Positions 27,617 through 37,255 of a stretch of DNA of 64,000 nucleotides are shown here, piece by piece. The position numbers and the translations under genes were made by a program. Source of the stretch: an uncultured Methanosarcinales archaeon (GTDB lineage: Archaea; Nanobdellota; Nanobdellia; Woesearchaeales; ARS49); assembly GCA_964637115.1 (NCBI GenBank), contig CAZWVL010000008.1:1-64000 (forward strand), read 5' to 3'. The notes under the pieces were generated by a model, which was not told the DNA's origin, did not search any database, and was given only the letters and a program-made list of their open reading frames with translations. Positions within the stretch are counted from its first letter, which is position 1. Every line of letters begins with the position of its first letter.

Positions 27617-28474
27617 ATGAACGAAAATAGAAAATCTGGATACGTTGCAGGGGGAATATTTTTATTAGTTGGTATTCTTATTACTGTTGTAGGATTTGAT
27701 TCAGGTTGGAATTCTGGAAAAATTACAATTATCGTTGGTGTCTTTTTCACTCTGCTTGGTATTGGGGGAATTTGGAAACCAGACATTATAGGTCAACCAC
27801 TTGCTCACTATCTTAAACAAGTTGCTGAGAACCAGAAATCTGAATCAATTTCGCAGAATCAGAAAAAAACTAAAAATAGCACTCAGGCAATAGCAAAAGA
27901 TCATTCTAATGTAACTGTACAAAATAACTATTATAAATCTGATCTTCCAGAAGAAAAAACATCAGATGAAAAAAAAGAATTAATAAAAGAGATTGGTCAA
28001 GAGTTAACAAAAGAAAAATTATCTAACACACTAATAAAGTGTATACGATTGGCTAATTTAATTAATTCTAAAAAAGATGTTTTTTGGCTTGAGAATGAAG
28101 CTCAAGGATTTGATGAGAGGACTCGTGGGAAAATTAAAGATGAAGAAATACCAGATTATAGAATTATAAATACAGAGATTAGATTAGCAAGTACCGCAGA
28201 TATTGGTTATACCCCTCTTAATTATAAATTAACTTTAGGTAGCCCAATATTTCAAATAGAAGAATGGATAGAATCTTATAATAAAACAACTTCTCCTGGT
28301 GAAATGATATTGACAGCTCCAATGACCGAAGCATTTAAAAAAATATATAGAGAATCTTTTCAGAAAAACCCTCCATCTGAGAAAATACCGTATATCATTT
28401 CAATAAGTGAATTAAAAAAGATTTTAAATGGAGTAAAATTAAGAATAAATACGTTTATTTCTTCAATAAAGTAA
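27617..28474 (+). CDS. Two-TM protein with C-terminal AbiTii-like domain
   Basis: LSNTLIKCIRLA...WLENEAQGF...IPDYRII...IFQIEEW...ISELKKILNGVK resembles the AbiTii pattern. Confidence 0.6.
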   Translation: MNENRKSGYVAGGIFLLVGILITVVGFDSGWNSGKITIIVGVFFTLLGIGGIWKPDIIGQPLAHYLKQVAENQKSESISQNQKKTKNSTQAIAKDHSNVTVQNNYYKSDLPEEKTSDEKKELIKEIGQELTKEKLSNTLIKCIRLANLINSKKDVFWLENEAQGFDERTRGKIKDEEIPDYRIINTEIRLASTADIGYTPLNYKLTLGSPIFQIEEWIESYNKTTSPGEMILTAPMTEAFKKIYRESFQKNPPSEKIPYIISISELKKILNGVKLRINTFISSIK

Positions 28475-28583
28475 ACTTGCCCTTAATTCTTGTTCTTTAT
28501 GTATCGCATTCGCTTATTGAATAGAATGCTCTTTCTCTCGACTCTGCGGACGCAGGTTTTCGGAACTTCGTAACCGAAAACTA

Positions 28584-28703
28584 AACTAACAGGAATTTAA
28601 CGGTTCGGAACGACCGCTTCGCTATTTTGCCAAGCAAAATTTGTCCCTCGCCCAAATTTGCTCCGCTACGCTCCGCAAACTTCGTTAAATTCCGGCGTTA
28701 TAT
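28584..28703 (-). repeat. attC-like 120-bp imperfect palindrome
   Basis: Minus strand: ATATAAC...GGAATTTAACG...CGTTAAATTCC.GTTAGTT, 10 nt after the NERD gene stop; internal hairpins. Confidence 0.5.
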
Positions 28704-28713
28704 TTCAATTCGC

Positions 28714-29418
28714 CTACGCCTGCTTTAATAGAATTTTTGCTACTTTTTCTAATTCTTGAGAAGAGAATTTAATCTTTGATTCTTTATTTTGTATGTAATT
28801 ACCTAATTGATCGACTTTTAAAACAGGAACAGTTGGATTATCACAATGCAAAATTACATTATCGTGTGTAAAAACCACTATTCCATCTACCCATATTCTT
28901 AATGACTTACTAAATATGTTTTTTGACTCAACATATTGCTTTAATTTCAAAGCATTGCCTTTAACTTGTTTACTTGGACTTTTTATTTCGTGTTCTTCAG
29001 GGATTTTCCAGGTGTCTTTATATTGATACCAATTATCTCCCTCACATCTAAGTTCTCCTTCAAAATTTTTTGTTTCTATAACAAAGATTCCATTACTGCC
29101 TAAAACTATATGGTCAATGTTACCATAACCATCTGGTAAATTGACATCATTAATGAGGTAATAAGAATCTGGCAAATTTTGAAGGGATTCTATGGTTATC
29201 TGTTCGCCTTGTAGACCTCTACTATAATTCATATAAAATTTAAAGAAAAATCCCCCAACCAATAACGAAATAACAAAAATATAAATTAGCGTAAAGTTCG
29301 TAATCAAAAATGAAATTAAAATCCCTACTCCCCCAATAGAAAAAAACATACTTGAAATATTTCTATATAATTTTGCTTTGTCTTCTAAATACGTTCCTGT
29401 TTCTTGTAAATTTTTCAT
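28714..29418 (-). CDS. NERD-domain nuclease-related protein with N-terminal TMs
   Basis: GLQGEQ, LINDV, IDHIVLGSNGIFVIETKN, SPSKQV. Confidence 0.88.
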   Translation of the reverse strand: MKNLQETGTYLEDKAKLYRNISSMFFSIGGVGILISFLITNFTLIYIFVISLLVGGFFFKFYMNYSRGLQGEQITIESLQNLPDSYYLINDVNLPDGYGNIDHIVLGSNGIFVIETKNFEGELRCEGDNWYQYKDTWKIPEEHEIKSPSKQVKGNALKLKQYVESKNIFSKSLRIWVDGIVVFTHDNVILHCDNPTVPVLKVDQLGNYIQNKESKIKFSSQELEKVAKILLKQA

Positions 29419-29420
29419 TT

Positions 29421-29891
29421 TCAGTTATTGCTATCCTTGGGTGAAGCCATATGAACCACATCATCATCGTCGTCATCTATCACCATATGAGCCGCAACAT
29501 CATCACTATCATCGTATATCTTTGAGTGAAGCCATATGAACCACCACAATAACATTATAGAAAAGAAGTCAATAGGATTGAAGAAGACGGAGCGAATATA
29601 AGTTCTCTCAGGACTTGAATAATGTTGAAAGATGAAAAACGAGTAAAGATTGAGAAGGAGTGATATTGAAATAAGAACTATCATCAATTCTAAGAATAAT
29701 TTATATATGATTGTTGAAACAGATAGTCTAGTTGTAACTTTTGTAACTTCTATAATCTTGCCTGACTCGTCGTATGTTGTTATCGTTTGTTCTCTTATCC
29801 AACCCAATAATTTTCTCAAAAATTCTCCAAATCTGTTCTTTCCCATACCTTTCTCTTTCAAGTATGTTTTTGTTTTCTGAAGATTCTTCAT
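29421..29891 (-). CDS. Hypothetical membrane protein
   Basis: Two TM segments, acidic tail; N-terminus similar to the adjacent NERD gene. Confidence 0.55.
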   Translation of the reverse strand: MKNLQKTKTYLKEKGMGKNRFGEFLRKLLGWIREQTITTYDESGKIIEVTKVTTRLSVSTIIYKLFLELMIVLISISLLLNLYSFFIFQHYSSPERTYIRSVFFNPIDFFSIMLLWWFIWLHSKIYDDSDDVAAHMVIDDDDDDVVHMASPKDSNN

Positions 29892-30056
29892 ATTATTAAT
29901 AGTAAATTCTCTTCTCTTTAATACTTTCTGAACGGCAGGCTACGGCGGACTTTGATTTTTTGCCTTCGGCATCGTAGTACTTCCTCTGCTTTTCACTACA
30001 GTTCGAAAAACTGCCTTTTTAAAGCCCTTCTTGAATAGTCCCTGAAGGTAGAGGAT

Positions 30057-30329
30057 CTAGGATGATTTTTTTCTTTGAAATAAAGACCAAATAACATAAA
30101 CTAAGATCGCGGGAATAAGAATAATTACATCACGCAAAAGGGTTTGCCCTAAAGACCAGCATGTACAAGGATCGATTGTAAAGAGCGCCATCATTCTATA
30201 TATGTTTTGATAGTCTGGACATTGGGCAGGTAAACACGTTGCTTGAGAAAATAGACGGACAACATACCACCAAGGGACTGATGCAATAATCGATACAAAC
30301 AATTTAGCTCTTGTAAAACGAAAGTTCAT
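30057..30329 (-). CDS. Small membrane protein
   Basis: Two hydrophobic segments with a Cys-containing loop. Confidence 0.6.
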   Translation of the reverse strand: MNFRFTRAKLFVSIIASVPWWYVVRLFSQATCLPAQCPDYQNIYRMMALFTIDPCTCWSLGQTLLRDVIILIPAILVYVIWSLFQRKKSS

Positions 30330-30473
30330 TGTTATAAATCACCAACTATTTTATTTAAATCTTTGGTAATCCTAGGGCAAAATTCTCACTTTTTCGGATA
30401 GTCTTTTAGCATATTAGAATAAAGCTTTGAATAAACACCAACAATTAAATACGCAGTAATTAATTTCAAGAAA

Positions 30474-30665
30474 ATGGCGCTTTCAATCATCATCTTCATC
30501 GGCTTAATCATTCTGGCAGTGATTGCCCTAAAATTCCTTGGAGGAATGCTGCGCACGATTATTTCCACTGCACTCTTCATCATTGCAGCAGCATTCTTGC
30601 TGAAATGGTTCACGGGAACGGACTTGTTTGGAATAGCGGGATTTGTCACAGGCCTCTTACCTTAA
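30474..30665 (+). CDS. Small membrane protein
   Basis: 63-aa, almost entirely hydrophobic. Confidence 0.6.
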   Translation: MALSIIIFIGLIILAVIALKFLGGMLRTIISTALFIIAAAFLLKWFTGTDLFGIAGFVTGLLP

Positions 30666-31392
30666 GCCAAAGTTCAGGAATCATTTTCTCGGCAAGAGGA
30701 CGCAAATTCAGAATGTCTTCTTCATTGTACATCACAAGCTTGTTAAGATAATCTCTGTCGCCAGTGCTTTTCCACATCTCCCACAAATAAACAGCATCCT
30801 CTCCTGAAATTCCCTCAACTTCAGCACGGCGTTTAATGCCTAACTGCTTTTCAATTGACTTCAAGCCGCCAGTGTAGCCGACTTTCTGGCAGACAAAACG
30901 CAAATCAACGTGAGGAATGTTTGGTTTAATGTTGAAGTAACGCTCGATAACAGGAAGGTCAAATGATGCACCGTTAAAAGTAACAATCATCTTGTATTTT
31001 TCCAATTCCTTCAAAATTAATGAACGATCAAGATTAAAGCCGCGCACAAAAGTCTTTGCATCAACTCCATCAGACATTCCGATGACAGTAATGCCGCTGT
31101 AATAACCATTTGTTTCGATGTCAAGATACACAGCTTCGTCCTTAAACTCATTGTAAAGACGCCATTGGTCAGAAAAAGGAATCTTTTGAGAAAAGAAAAC
31201 AGCATCCTCATCGCGCAAACGCTGCTTTGCTTCCTGCAACTTCCAGTCAAAAGTCTCCTTTCGCGCATTACTAAGACCGGTTACCTTTTGCACGGCAAGA
31301 AAATCATCCCAAGAATGAATTTTCTGGCTCCAGATTTTTGACTCAGTACGATGCTTGACATTCGGCAGCAGGACAAATGATTGGGATAACAT
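30646..31392 (-). CDS. RNase H-like (YprB-type) exonuclease domain protein
   Basis: YLDIET, IVTFNGASFDLP, HVDL, YNEEDI acidic active-site motifs. Confidence 0.85.
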   Translation of the reverse strand: MLSQSFVLLPNVKHRTESKIWSQKIHSWDDFLAVQKVTGLSNARKETFDWKLQEAKQRLRDEDAVFFSQKIPFSDQWRLYNEFKDEAVYLDIETNGYYSGITVIGMSDGVDAKTFVRGFNLDRSLILKELEKYKMIVTFNGASFDLPVIERYFNIKPNIPHVDLRFVCQKVGYTGGLKSIEKQLGIKRRAEVEGISGEDAVYLWEMWKSTGDRDYLNKLVMYNEEDILNLRPLAEKMIPELWLKVRGL

Positions 31393-31535
31393 AGTTTACC
31401 TCTTTACAGATGAGTTTCCGCACAACGTTTATAAACGCTGCGCACATATGTCCAGTGGTAAGTGGGTTGATTTAGGCTACGCAATTATATTCAGGGGGGC
31501 TCAACCGCCGTCCCCCTTCAACCCCCGCGGTCACT

Positions 31536-32354
31536 ATGCCAGCATTTGCATTACATGTGGACAGTTGCAAGAAGTTGTTTGAACATTTCAAACTGCGCAA
31601 GAAAAGCTTCAATTTCGCGCTAGTTTCTTTAGGAAGCGTCCTGCCAGACCTGCAAGAATTCGGAATAATCAAATCAGTGCACGGCAGAGCAGAACAATTC
31701 CTTCAATATTTGCTGAAAACAGACCCGAAATACGCGCCATTAGCGATAGGAATGATAATGCACGAGGAACTTGACAGAGTAATAGACACGCAGTTTGTCA
31801 ATCCACACCTGCCTGCAGCAAGAGAATTACTTGAACAATACGAGTTTAGTTCAGAAAAAGTATCGCTGGCAGCACACTACCTGATAGACCACTCAGTCAA
31901 CTGTTCAATTCTTGAGAAAGAGCCGCATTTGTTAAAGATAACAGAAGGCATGAAGAAAAAACTATCCCACAGATATGCGCACAAGATAGCGTATCATCTG
32001 ACCAAATTCTTTGGAGGAGACGAGGAACAAATACTCAAAGCAATGCACACATTCAGAGATTTTGACTTATCACAATACTTATCACCAGATGATGCTGCAG
32101 CACTATATGCAAAATTTTTCTTCCTGCAAAAAGAACTGAAAGAAAAACAGCCGGTAAGCTTAATCAGCAAAGTGAAACTTGGACTGAGCTACGGAAAGTT
32201 CCTTCTAAGCCACCATAAAAACACTGCAAAAGAAGTCTGCGCTCAAGCAAAACAGAAATTCACCAACCACGGCAAAGCTTATCTTGAAGCTCGCAAAGCA
32301 ATGATCAAAAGAATGGCAAAACTTTCTGCAACATACGCATTGACGCTGAAATAA
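31536..32354 (+). CDS. Hypothetical protein, zinc-dependent phospholipase C-like pattern
   Basis: N-terminal MPxxxxH, GSVLPD, GxxxHxxxD, HYLIDH. Confidence 0.5.
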   Translation: MPAFALHVDSCKKLFEHFKLRKKSFNFALVSLGSVLPDLQEFGIIKSVHGRAEQFLQYLLKTDPKYAPLAIGMIMHEELDRVIDTQFVNPHLPAARELLEQYEFSSEKVSLAAHYLIDHSVNCSILEKEPHLLKITEGMKKKLSHRYAHKIAYHLTKFFGGDEEQILKAMHTFRDFDLSQYLSPDDAAALYAKFFFLQKELKEKQPVSLISKVKLGLSYGKFLLSHHKNTAKEVCAQAKQKFTNHGKAYLEARKAMIKRMAKLSATYALTLK

Positions 32355-32361
32355 ACCTAAC

Positions 32362-35300
32362 TTATTTATTTCTACGAGAATACCAAATGCCTATAATTGC
32401 CAGAGCGATAAGGATAAGCAACAAAATCCACCACAACCAGTTCACAGAACTGGGTTCAACTGCCACAGCGCCAGTAATTTCTCCTCCAGCAAATGAAGAG
32501 ACCTGCTCAGGAATAAACGCCGGAATAGGCTTTTTTGATTCATCTGAAGCAAGCGTTGCGCCACCACCAAAACTGCCAGGTCCTGGCTGCGCAGCAGGAG
32601 CTGCTGCAGGTTCGCCTCCAGTAGGAGGACCGTGACCTGTTGAAAGAGGACGGTGACTCGAACCGCCACCTCCGCCGCCTCCACTACCGCCAACAGATGC
32701 AGGAGCAGGAGCTGCAACGACACTAACATTGCGTACGGCCTGTGCAGAATTTCCTGAAGAGTCAGTAACGTCGTAAGTAACATTATATGTGCCGACAACA
32801 GAAAAGTTAACGCCATTGGTTACAACAATAGATCCTGTAACGTTTCCGTCAAAATTGTCTGAAGCTGTCGCGCTGGCGTCAACATAAGAAGAACCAACTG
32901 TGATTGTGGCCGGATTAGAGCCTAAGATAGTGATAACAGGAGGCGTTGTGTCAACAACATTAACAGTTCTCGTAACTTGAATTGCGACGTTACCTGAACT
33001 GTCAGAAACATCATACGTGACGATGTAAGCTCCTAAAATACTCGTGTCCACTGGGTTAACGGTCACAATTGAACCAGTAATATTGCCATCATAATTGTCA
33101 TCGGCAGTTGCACCATCATCAACATAAACACTGCCTGCTTCCACAGTCACAGGGTCAGAGCCAACCAAAGAAATAACTGGCAAAGTCGTATCAACAACGT
33201 TCACAGTTCTTGTGACTTGAACAGCAGAATTGCCTGAACTGTCAGAAACATCGTAAGTCACAGTGTAAACTCCAAGAGCACTCGTGTTAACAGGATTAAC
33301 AACAACAATAGAACCAGTTAGATCACCATCATAATTATCCAAAGCAGTAGCACCATCATCAACATAAACACTACCAACCTCAACAGTCACAGGATCACTA
33401 CCAACCAAAGAAATAACTGGTAAAGTCGTATCAACAACATTAACAGTACGAGTAACTTGAACAGCCGCATTGCCTGAACTGTCAGAGACATCATACGTCA
33501 CGATGTAAGCGCCTAAAACGCTTGTATTAACAGGATTAACTGTTACAATAGACCCCGATAAGTCACCGTCGTAATTATCCAAAGCAGTAGCACCATCATC
33601 AACATACACAGAACCAACCTCAACATTTACTGGAGTCGAACCAACTAAAGAGATAACTGGATCAGTAGTATCAACAACATTAACAGTACGCGTAACCTGA
33701 ACTGCAGCATTGCTGGAAGAATCGGAAACATCATAAGTCACGACGTAAGCACCAAGAGCACTAGTATTAACCGGATTCACAACAACAATAGAACCGGTAA
33801 GGTCGCCATCTCCAGCATCCAAGGCAGTCGCGCCATCATCAACATAAACACCGCCAACTTCCACAACAACAGGAGTTGAACCAGCTAACGTAATGACAGG
33901 AATACCAGTATCAACAACATTAACAGTACGCGTAACTTGAGTAGCCGCGTTACCAGAACTATCAGACACGTCATACGTCACGATATAAGCGCCAAGAACA
34001 CTGGTATTCACAGGATTAACAACAACAATAAAGCTTGTTAGGTCGCCATCATAATTATCAAAAGCAGTCGCACCATCATCAACATAAACACTACCAACTT
34101 CAACATTCACAGGAGTTACGCCAACCAAAGAAATAACCGGATCAGTAGTATCAACAACATTAACAGTTCTCGTAACCTGAACAGCAGCATTACCAGAACT
34201 GTCAGACACGTCGTAAGTCACAATGTAAGCACCAAGAGCACTGGTATTCACAGGATTAACAGTAACTATAGAGCCGGTAAGGTCACCATCTCCCGCATCA
34301 AAAGCAGTCGCACCATCATCAACATACACAGAACCAACCTCAACATTTACTGGAGTTGAACCTGTTAACGTGATAACCGGCACACTGGTGTCAACAACAT
34401 TCACTGTACGCGTAACCTGAACTGCAGAATTACCAGAACTATCAGAAACATCATAAGTTACGGTGTAAGCGCCAAGAGCACTGGTATTAACAGGATTAAA
34501 AGTAACAATAGCGCCAGTCAGATCACCATCGTAATTATCAAGAGCAGTTGCGCCATCATCAACATAAACGCTACCTACTTCTATATTTACTGGAGTTGAG
34601 CCAGCCAAAGAAATAACCGGATCAGTAGTATCAACAACATTAACGGTACGAGTAACCTGAACAGCAGAATTACCAGAACTATCAGAAACATCATACGTAA
34701 CAACATACGCGCCAACAACGCTCGTATTAACAGGATCAACTGTTACGATAGAACCTGATAAGTCACCATCGTAATTATCCAAAGCAGTGGCACCGTCATC
34801 AACATAAGCGCCGCCTACCTCTATATTTACTGGAGTTGAACCAACCAAAGAAATCACAGGATCAGTAGTATCAACAACATTAACAGTACGCGTAACTTGA
34901 GCTGCGTCATTTCCAGCAACATCAGAAACATCATAAGTAACTATGTACGCACCAACAACACTCGTGTTGACCGGATTGACAGTAACAATAGAACCAGTCA
35001 AATCACCGTCGTAATTATCAAGAGCAGTCGCACCGTCATCAGAATAAACAGAACCAACTTCAACATTCACTGGAGTTGAACCAACCAAAGAAATAACCGG
35101 ATCGGTAGTATCAACAACATTAACAGTACGCGTAACTTGAACCGCGTCATTTCCAGCAGCATCAGAAACATCGTAAGTCACGATGTAAGCGCCAAGAGCA
35201 CTAGTATTAACAGGATTCACAACAACAATAGAACCGGTAAGGTCTCCGTCAACATTATCCAAAGCAGTGGCACCATCATCAACATAAGCGCTGCCTGCTT

Positions 35301-35913
35301 CTATGGTTACAGGAGTAGAACCAACAAGCGTGATAACAGGAGGTGTTGTATCTGGTGCACCTGCAACCTCAGTCAGGGTTCCGAGATTTGTTCCATTGGA
35401 AACTGAGGCAATTACTGACGTGCCCATCTTCGTGATGTTTCCGCTCGCCAAAGGCGATACCGCTGTCGGCCGCACACGGACATTCTGCCAGGTCAAACGA
35501 TTCCTGACACCGCCGTTCGAAACATTCAAAACCGTGAAAACAATCACTGTTGTGTTCACCGATGTAATATTAAGCGATGTGCCATTGGCTGCACTATTGA
35601 TATTCTTTGTGTCAGGACCAGAACCGGCAGTCCTTTCCAACAACACCGTAACAGCCGGCGAGCCCGTGTCAAACTCAAAACCAGAAGGAATTTGAAGAAT
35701 GATTGTTCCAGCTTTAATATCAGAAGCAGCAGTCTCGGCAAGAGCAGGCCCTGTAAGCGTTGTGTACGCGCCACCAACATCATCCGCTGAAATTGCCCCG
35801 CCACCAGTTGCTAGAGTTACTGTTGCAGCCGATACAGCAACAGAGCTCAAAATAAACAAAAATGATAAAACAAGCAATCTAAGACAATCACGCGCCGGCT
35901 TCCAAGTGTACAT
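32362..35913 (-). CDS. Large surface protein with 11 DUF5011/HYR-like Ig domains
   Basis: Signal peptide; 11 copies of DTxxPVIxLxGxxPxxxEVG...DGDLTG...TYDVSDxxGN...RTVNVV; Gly linker; C-terminal TM. Confidence 0.88.
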   Translation of the reverse strand: MYTWKPARDCLRLLVLSFLFILSSVAVSAATVTLATGGGAISADDVGGAYTTLTGPALAETAASDIKAGTIILQIPSGFEFDTGSPAVTVLLERTAGSGPDTKNINSAANGTSLNITSVNTTVIVFTVLNVSNGGVRNRLTWQNVRVRPTAVSPLASGNITKMGTSVIASVSNGTNLGTLTEVAGAPDTTPPVITLVGSTPVTIEAGSAYVDDGATALDNVDGDLTGSIVVVNPVNTSALGAYIVTYDVSDAAGNDAVQVTRTVNVVDTTDPVISLVGSTPVNVEVGSVYSDDGATALDNYDGDLTGSIVTVNPVNTSVVGAYIVTYDVSDVAGNDAAQVTRTVNVVDTTDPVISLVGSTPVNIEVGGAYVDDGATALDNYDGDLSGSIVTVDPVNTSVVGAYVVTYDVSDSSGNSAVQVTRTVNVVDTTDPVISLAGSTPVNIEVGSVYVDDGATALDNYDGDLTGAIVTFNPVNTSALGAYTVTYDVSDSSGNSAVQVTRTVNVVDTSVPVITLTGSTPVNVEVGSVYVDDGATAFDAGDGDLTGSIVTVNPVNTSALGAYIVTYDVSDSSGNAAVQVTRTVNVVDTTDPVISLVGVTPVNVEVGSVYVDDGATAFDNYDGDLTSFIVVVNPVNTSVLGAYIVTYDVSDSSGNAATQVTRTVNVVDTGIPVITLAGSTPVVVEVGGVYVDDGATALDAGDGDLTGSIVVVNPVNTSALGAYVVTYDVSDSSSNAAVQVTRTVNVVDTTDPVISLVGSTPVNVEVGSVYVDDGATALDNYDGDLSGSIVTVNPVNTSVLGAYIVTYDVSDSSGNAAVQVTRTVNVVDTTLPVISLVGSDPVTVEVGSVYVDDGATALDNYDGDLTGSIVVVNPVNTSALGVYTVTYDVSDSSGNSAVQVTRTVNVVDTTLPVISLVGSDPVTVEAGSVYVDDGATADDNYDGNITGSIVTVNPVDTSILGAYIVTYDVSDSSGNVAIQVTRTVNVVDTTPPVITILGSNPATITVGSSYVDASATASDNFDGNVTGSIVVTNGVNFSVVGTYNVTYDVTDSSGNSAQAVRNVSVVAAPAPASVGGSGGGGGGGSSHRPLSTGHGPPTGGEPAAAPAAQPGPGSFGGGATLASDESKKPIPAFIPEQVSSFAGGEITGAVAVEPSSVNWLWWILLLILIALAIIGIWYSRRNK
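32713..35352 (-). repeat. 11 x 240-bp intragenic tandem repeat
   Basis: TCAACAAC anchor recurs at 32951, 33191 ... 35111 with an exact 240-bp period. Confidence 0.92.
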
Positions 35914-36018
35914 GTGTTCTCCGAGGATAACTTAGGCAATAGCGTTATAAGTCAGTGTGTCCCCCCGGTAGGTAACACAAGGAAAGCATTTATAAACGCA
36001 CACGCCACCCTATGAGCA

Positions 36019-36771
36019 ATGGAAGGACGTTTGCGGGAGATAGGGTTTACCCCTGGAGAGGAAAAAGTCTACCTTGCCTTGCTGACACTGGGCAACTCAA
36101 CTTCAGGCACAATCGCAAAGCACGCAGGAGTTTCAAGATCAAAACTATACGAAATTCTTGAAAGACTATCAAAAAAAGGATTGGTGAGCCATATTAAGCG
36201 AAATAATATTCTTTGTTTCAGCGCGGCCCATCCTAGAAGAATTCTAGACCATATCAGAAAAAAAGAAGAATTGTTAAGATACCAGAGATCATCGTTTGAG
36301 AAAACTCTTCCTTTTTTTAAAAATTTCATGAAAGAAAAAAAATCCCATGGAGAAATCGAGTTCTTTGAAGGAAACGAAGGCATAAAAAACGTCTGTGAAA
36401 CATTCCTAAGAAAATCCAAACCCGGCGATTCATTCTACGAGTTCGGAAACTCATCATCAGGCTATACAGACATGCTCGGATATTGGGATGACTTCAGCAA
36501 AAGGCGCGCTCAAAAAAAAGTTCGGGCTCTGCAAATATTCAATCAGGATGCAAAACGCTTCGGAGAACGCCGCAAAAACTTAGCTTATACACAAGTCAAA
36601 TATCTGCCCAAAGCAGGACCAACGCATTCACGAGTCGTGATATACGGAAATGACAGCGTATCCATTACGACGCGACACAAAACTCCAATGACCATCATTA
36701 TAAGCAACAGACTTGTTGCAGAAAGCTTCAAGACATATTTTGATGTTCTGTGGGATGCGTCCGCGGAATAA
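36019..36771 (+). CDS. TrmB-family transcriptional regulator
   Basis: IGFTPGEEKVYLALL...IAKHAGVSRSKLYEILERLSKKGLV; FFEGNEGIK; C-terminal effector domain. Confidence 0.88.
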   Translation: MEGRLREIGFTPGEEKVYLALLTLGNSTSGTIAKHAGVSRSKLYEILERLSKKGLVSHIKRNNILCFSAAHPRRILDHIRKKEELLRYQRSSFEKTLPFFKNFMKEKKSHGEIEFFEGNEGIKNVCETFLRKSKPGDSFYEFGNSSSGYTDMLGYWDDFSKRRAQKKVRALQIFNQDAKRFGERRKNLAYTQVKYLPKAGPTHSRVVIYGNDSVSITTRHKTPMTIIISNRLVAESFKTYFDVLWDASAE

Positions 36772-36864
36772 ACCATGAAAGTGTGAACGAAAAAGAATCG
36801 CGACACTTAGCTATTGATGCTGTTCAGAAAGCCTTATAAACCCACCTTCTCGAAATATCCTCAC

Positions 36865-37206
36865 ATGAGCAAGAAAGAAGAACAACAACAGCAACAACAA
36901 CAGCAAGAGGAAGAAATAAGAAGAACGCCCATTCCTCGAGGCAGACAAGTTCTAGGCGTTTGCGAACAAAGAGTAGGCGGCAGCAGAATGAAAGTGCGCT
37001 GCATGGACGGAAAGATGCGCATCTGCAGGATTCCCGGCAGATTAAAACGAAAATTATGGGTGAGAGAAGGCGACATTTTATTAATAGAACCATGGGAATT
37101 AGGCGGAGACGAGAAAGGAGATGTTGTCTTCAAATACAGACCAATACAGGTTGAGCTCCTGAAGAGAAAAGGAATGCTCAAAGAAATAATGCAGGAAGAG
37201 TTCTAG
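36865..37206 (+). CDS. eif1a: Translation initiation factor aIF1A
   Basis: GGSRMKVRCMDGK.R.CRIPGRLKRKLWVREGD.LLIEPW. Confidence 0.96.
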   Translation: MSKKEEQQQQQQQQEEEIRRTPIPRGRQVLGVCEQRVGGSRMKVRCMDGKMRICRIPGRLKRKLWVREGDILLIEPWELGGDEKGDVVFKYRPIQVELLKRKGMLKEIMQEEF

Positions 37207-37255
37207 AAGCACATGCAAATGGCAGGGTTGATGATTGCAGTCAAAATATGATTTC

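Larger units (their letters stand above)
27480..30330. mobile_element. AT-rich accessory patch (probably laterally acquired)
   Basis: Visibly lower GC and A/T-ending codons than the flanks; defence-like cargo; attC-like hairpin; no integrase in window. Confidence 0.45.

Noticed and set aside
27455-30010. GTTCGAA motifs at 27461 and 30001 as tRNA T-loops or att sites
   Set aside because: No cloverleaf, D-arm or acceptor stem could be built; the two shared sub-motifs occur in a different order at the two ends.
32713-35352. Regular repeats as a CRISPR array or DGR template/variable pair
   Set aside because: Units are 240-bp in-frame protein domains with no unique spacers; differences are not adenine-restricted, and there is no cas or reverse transcriptase gene in the window.
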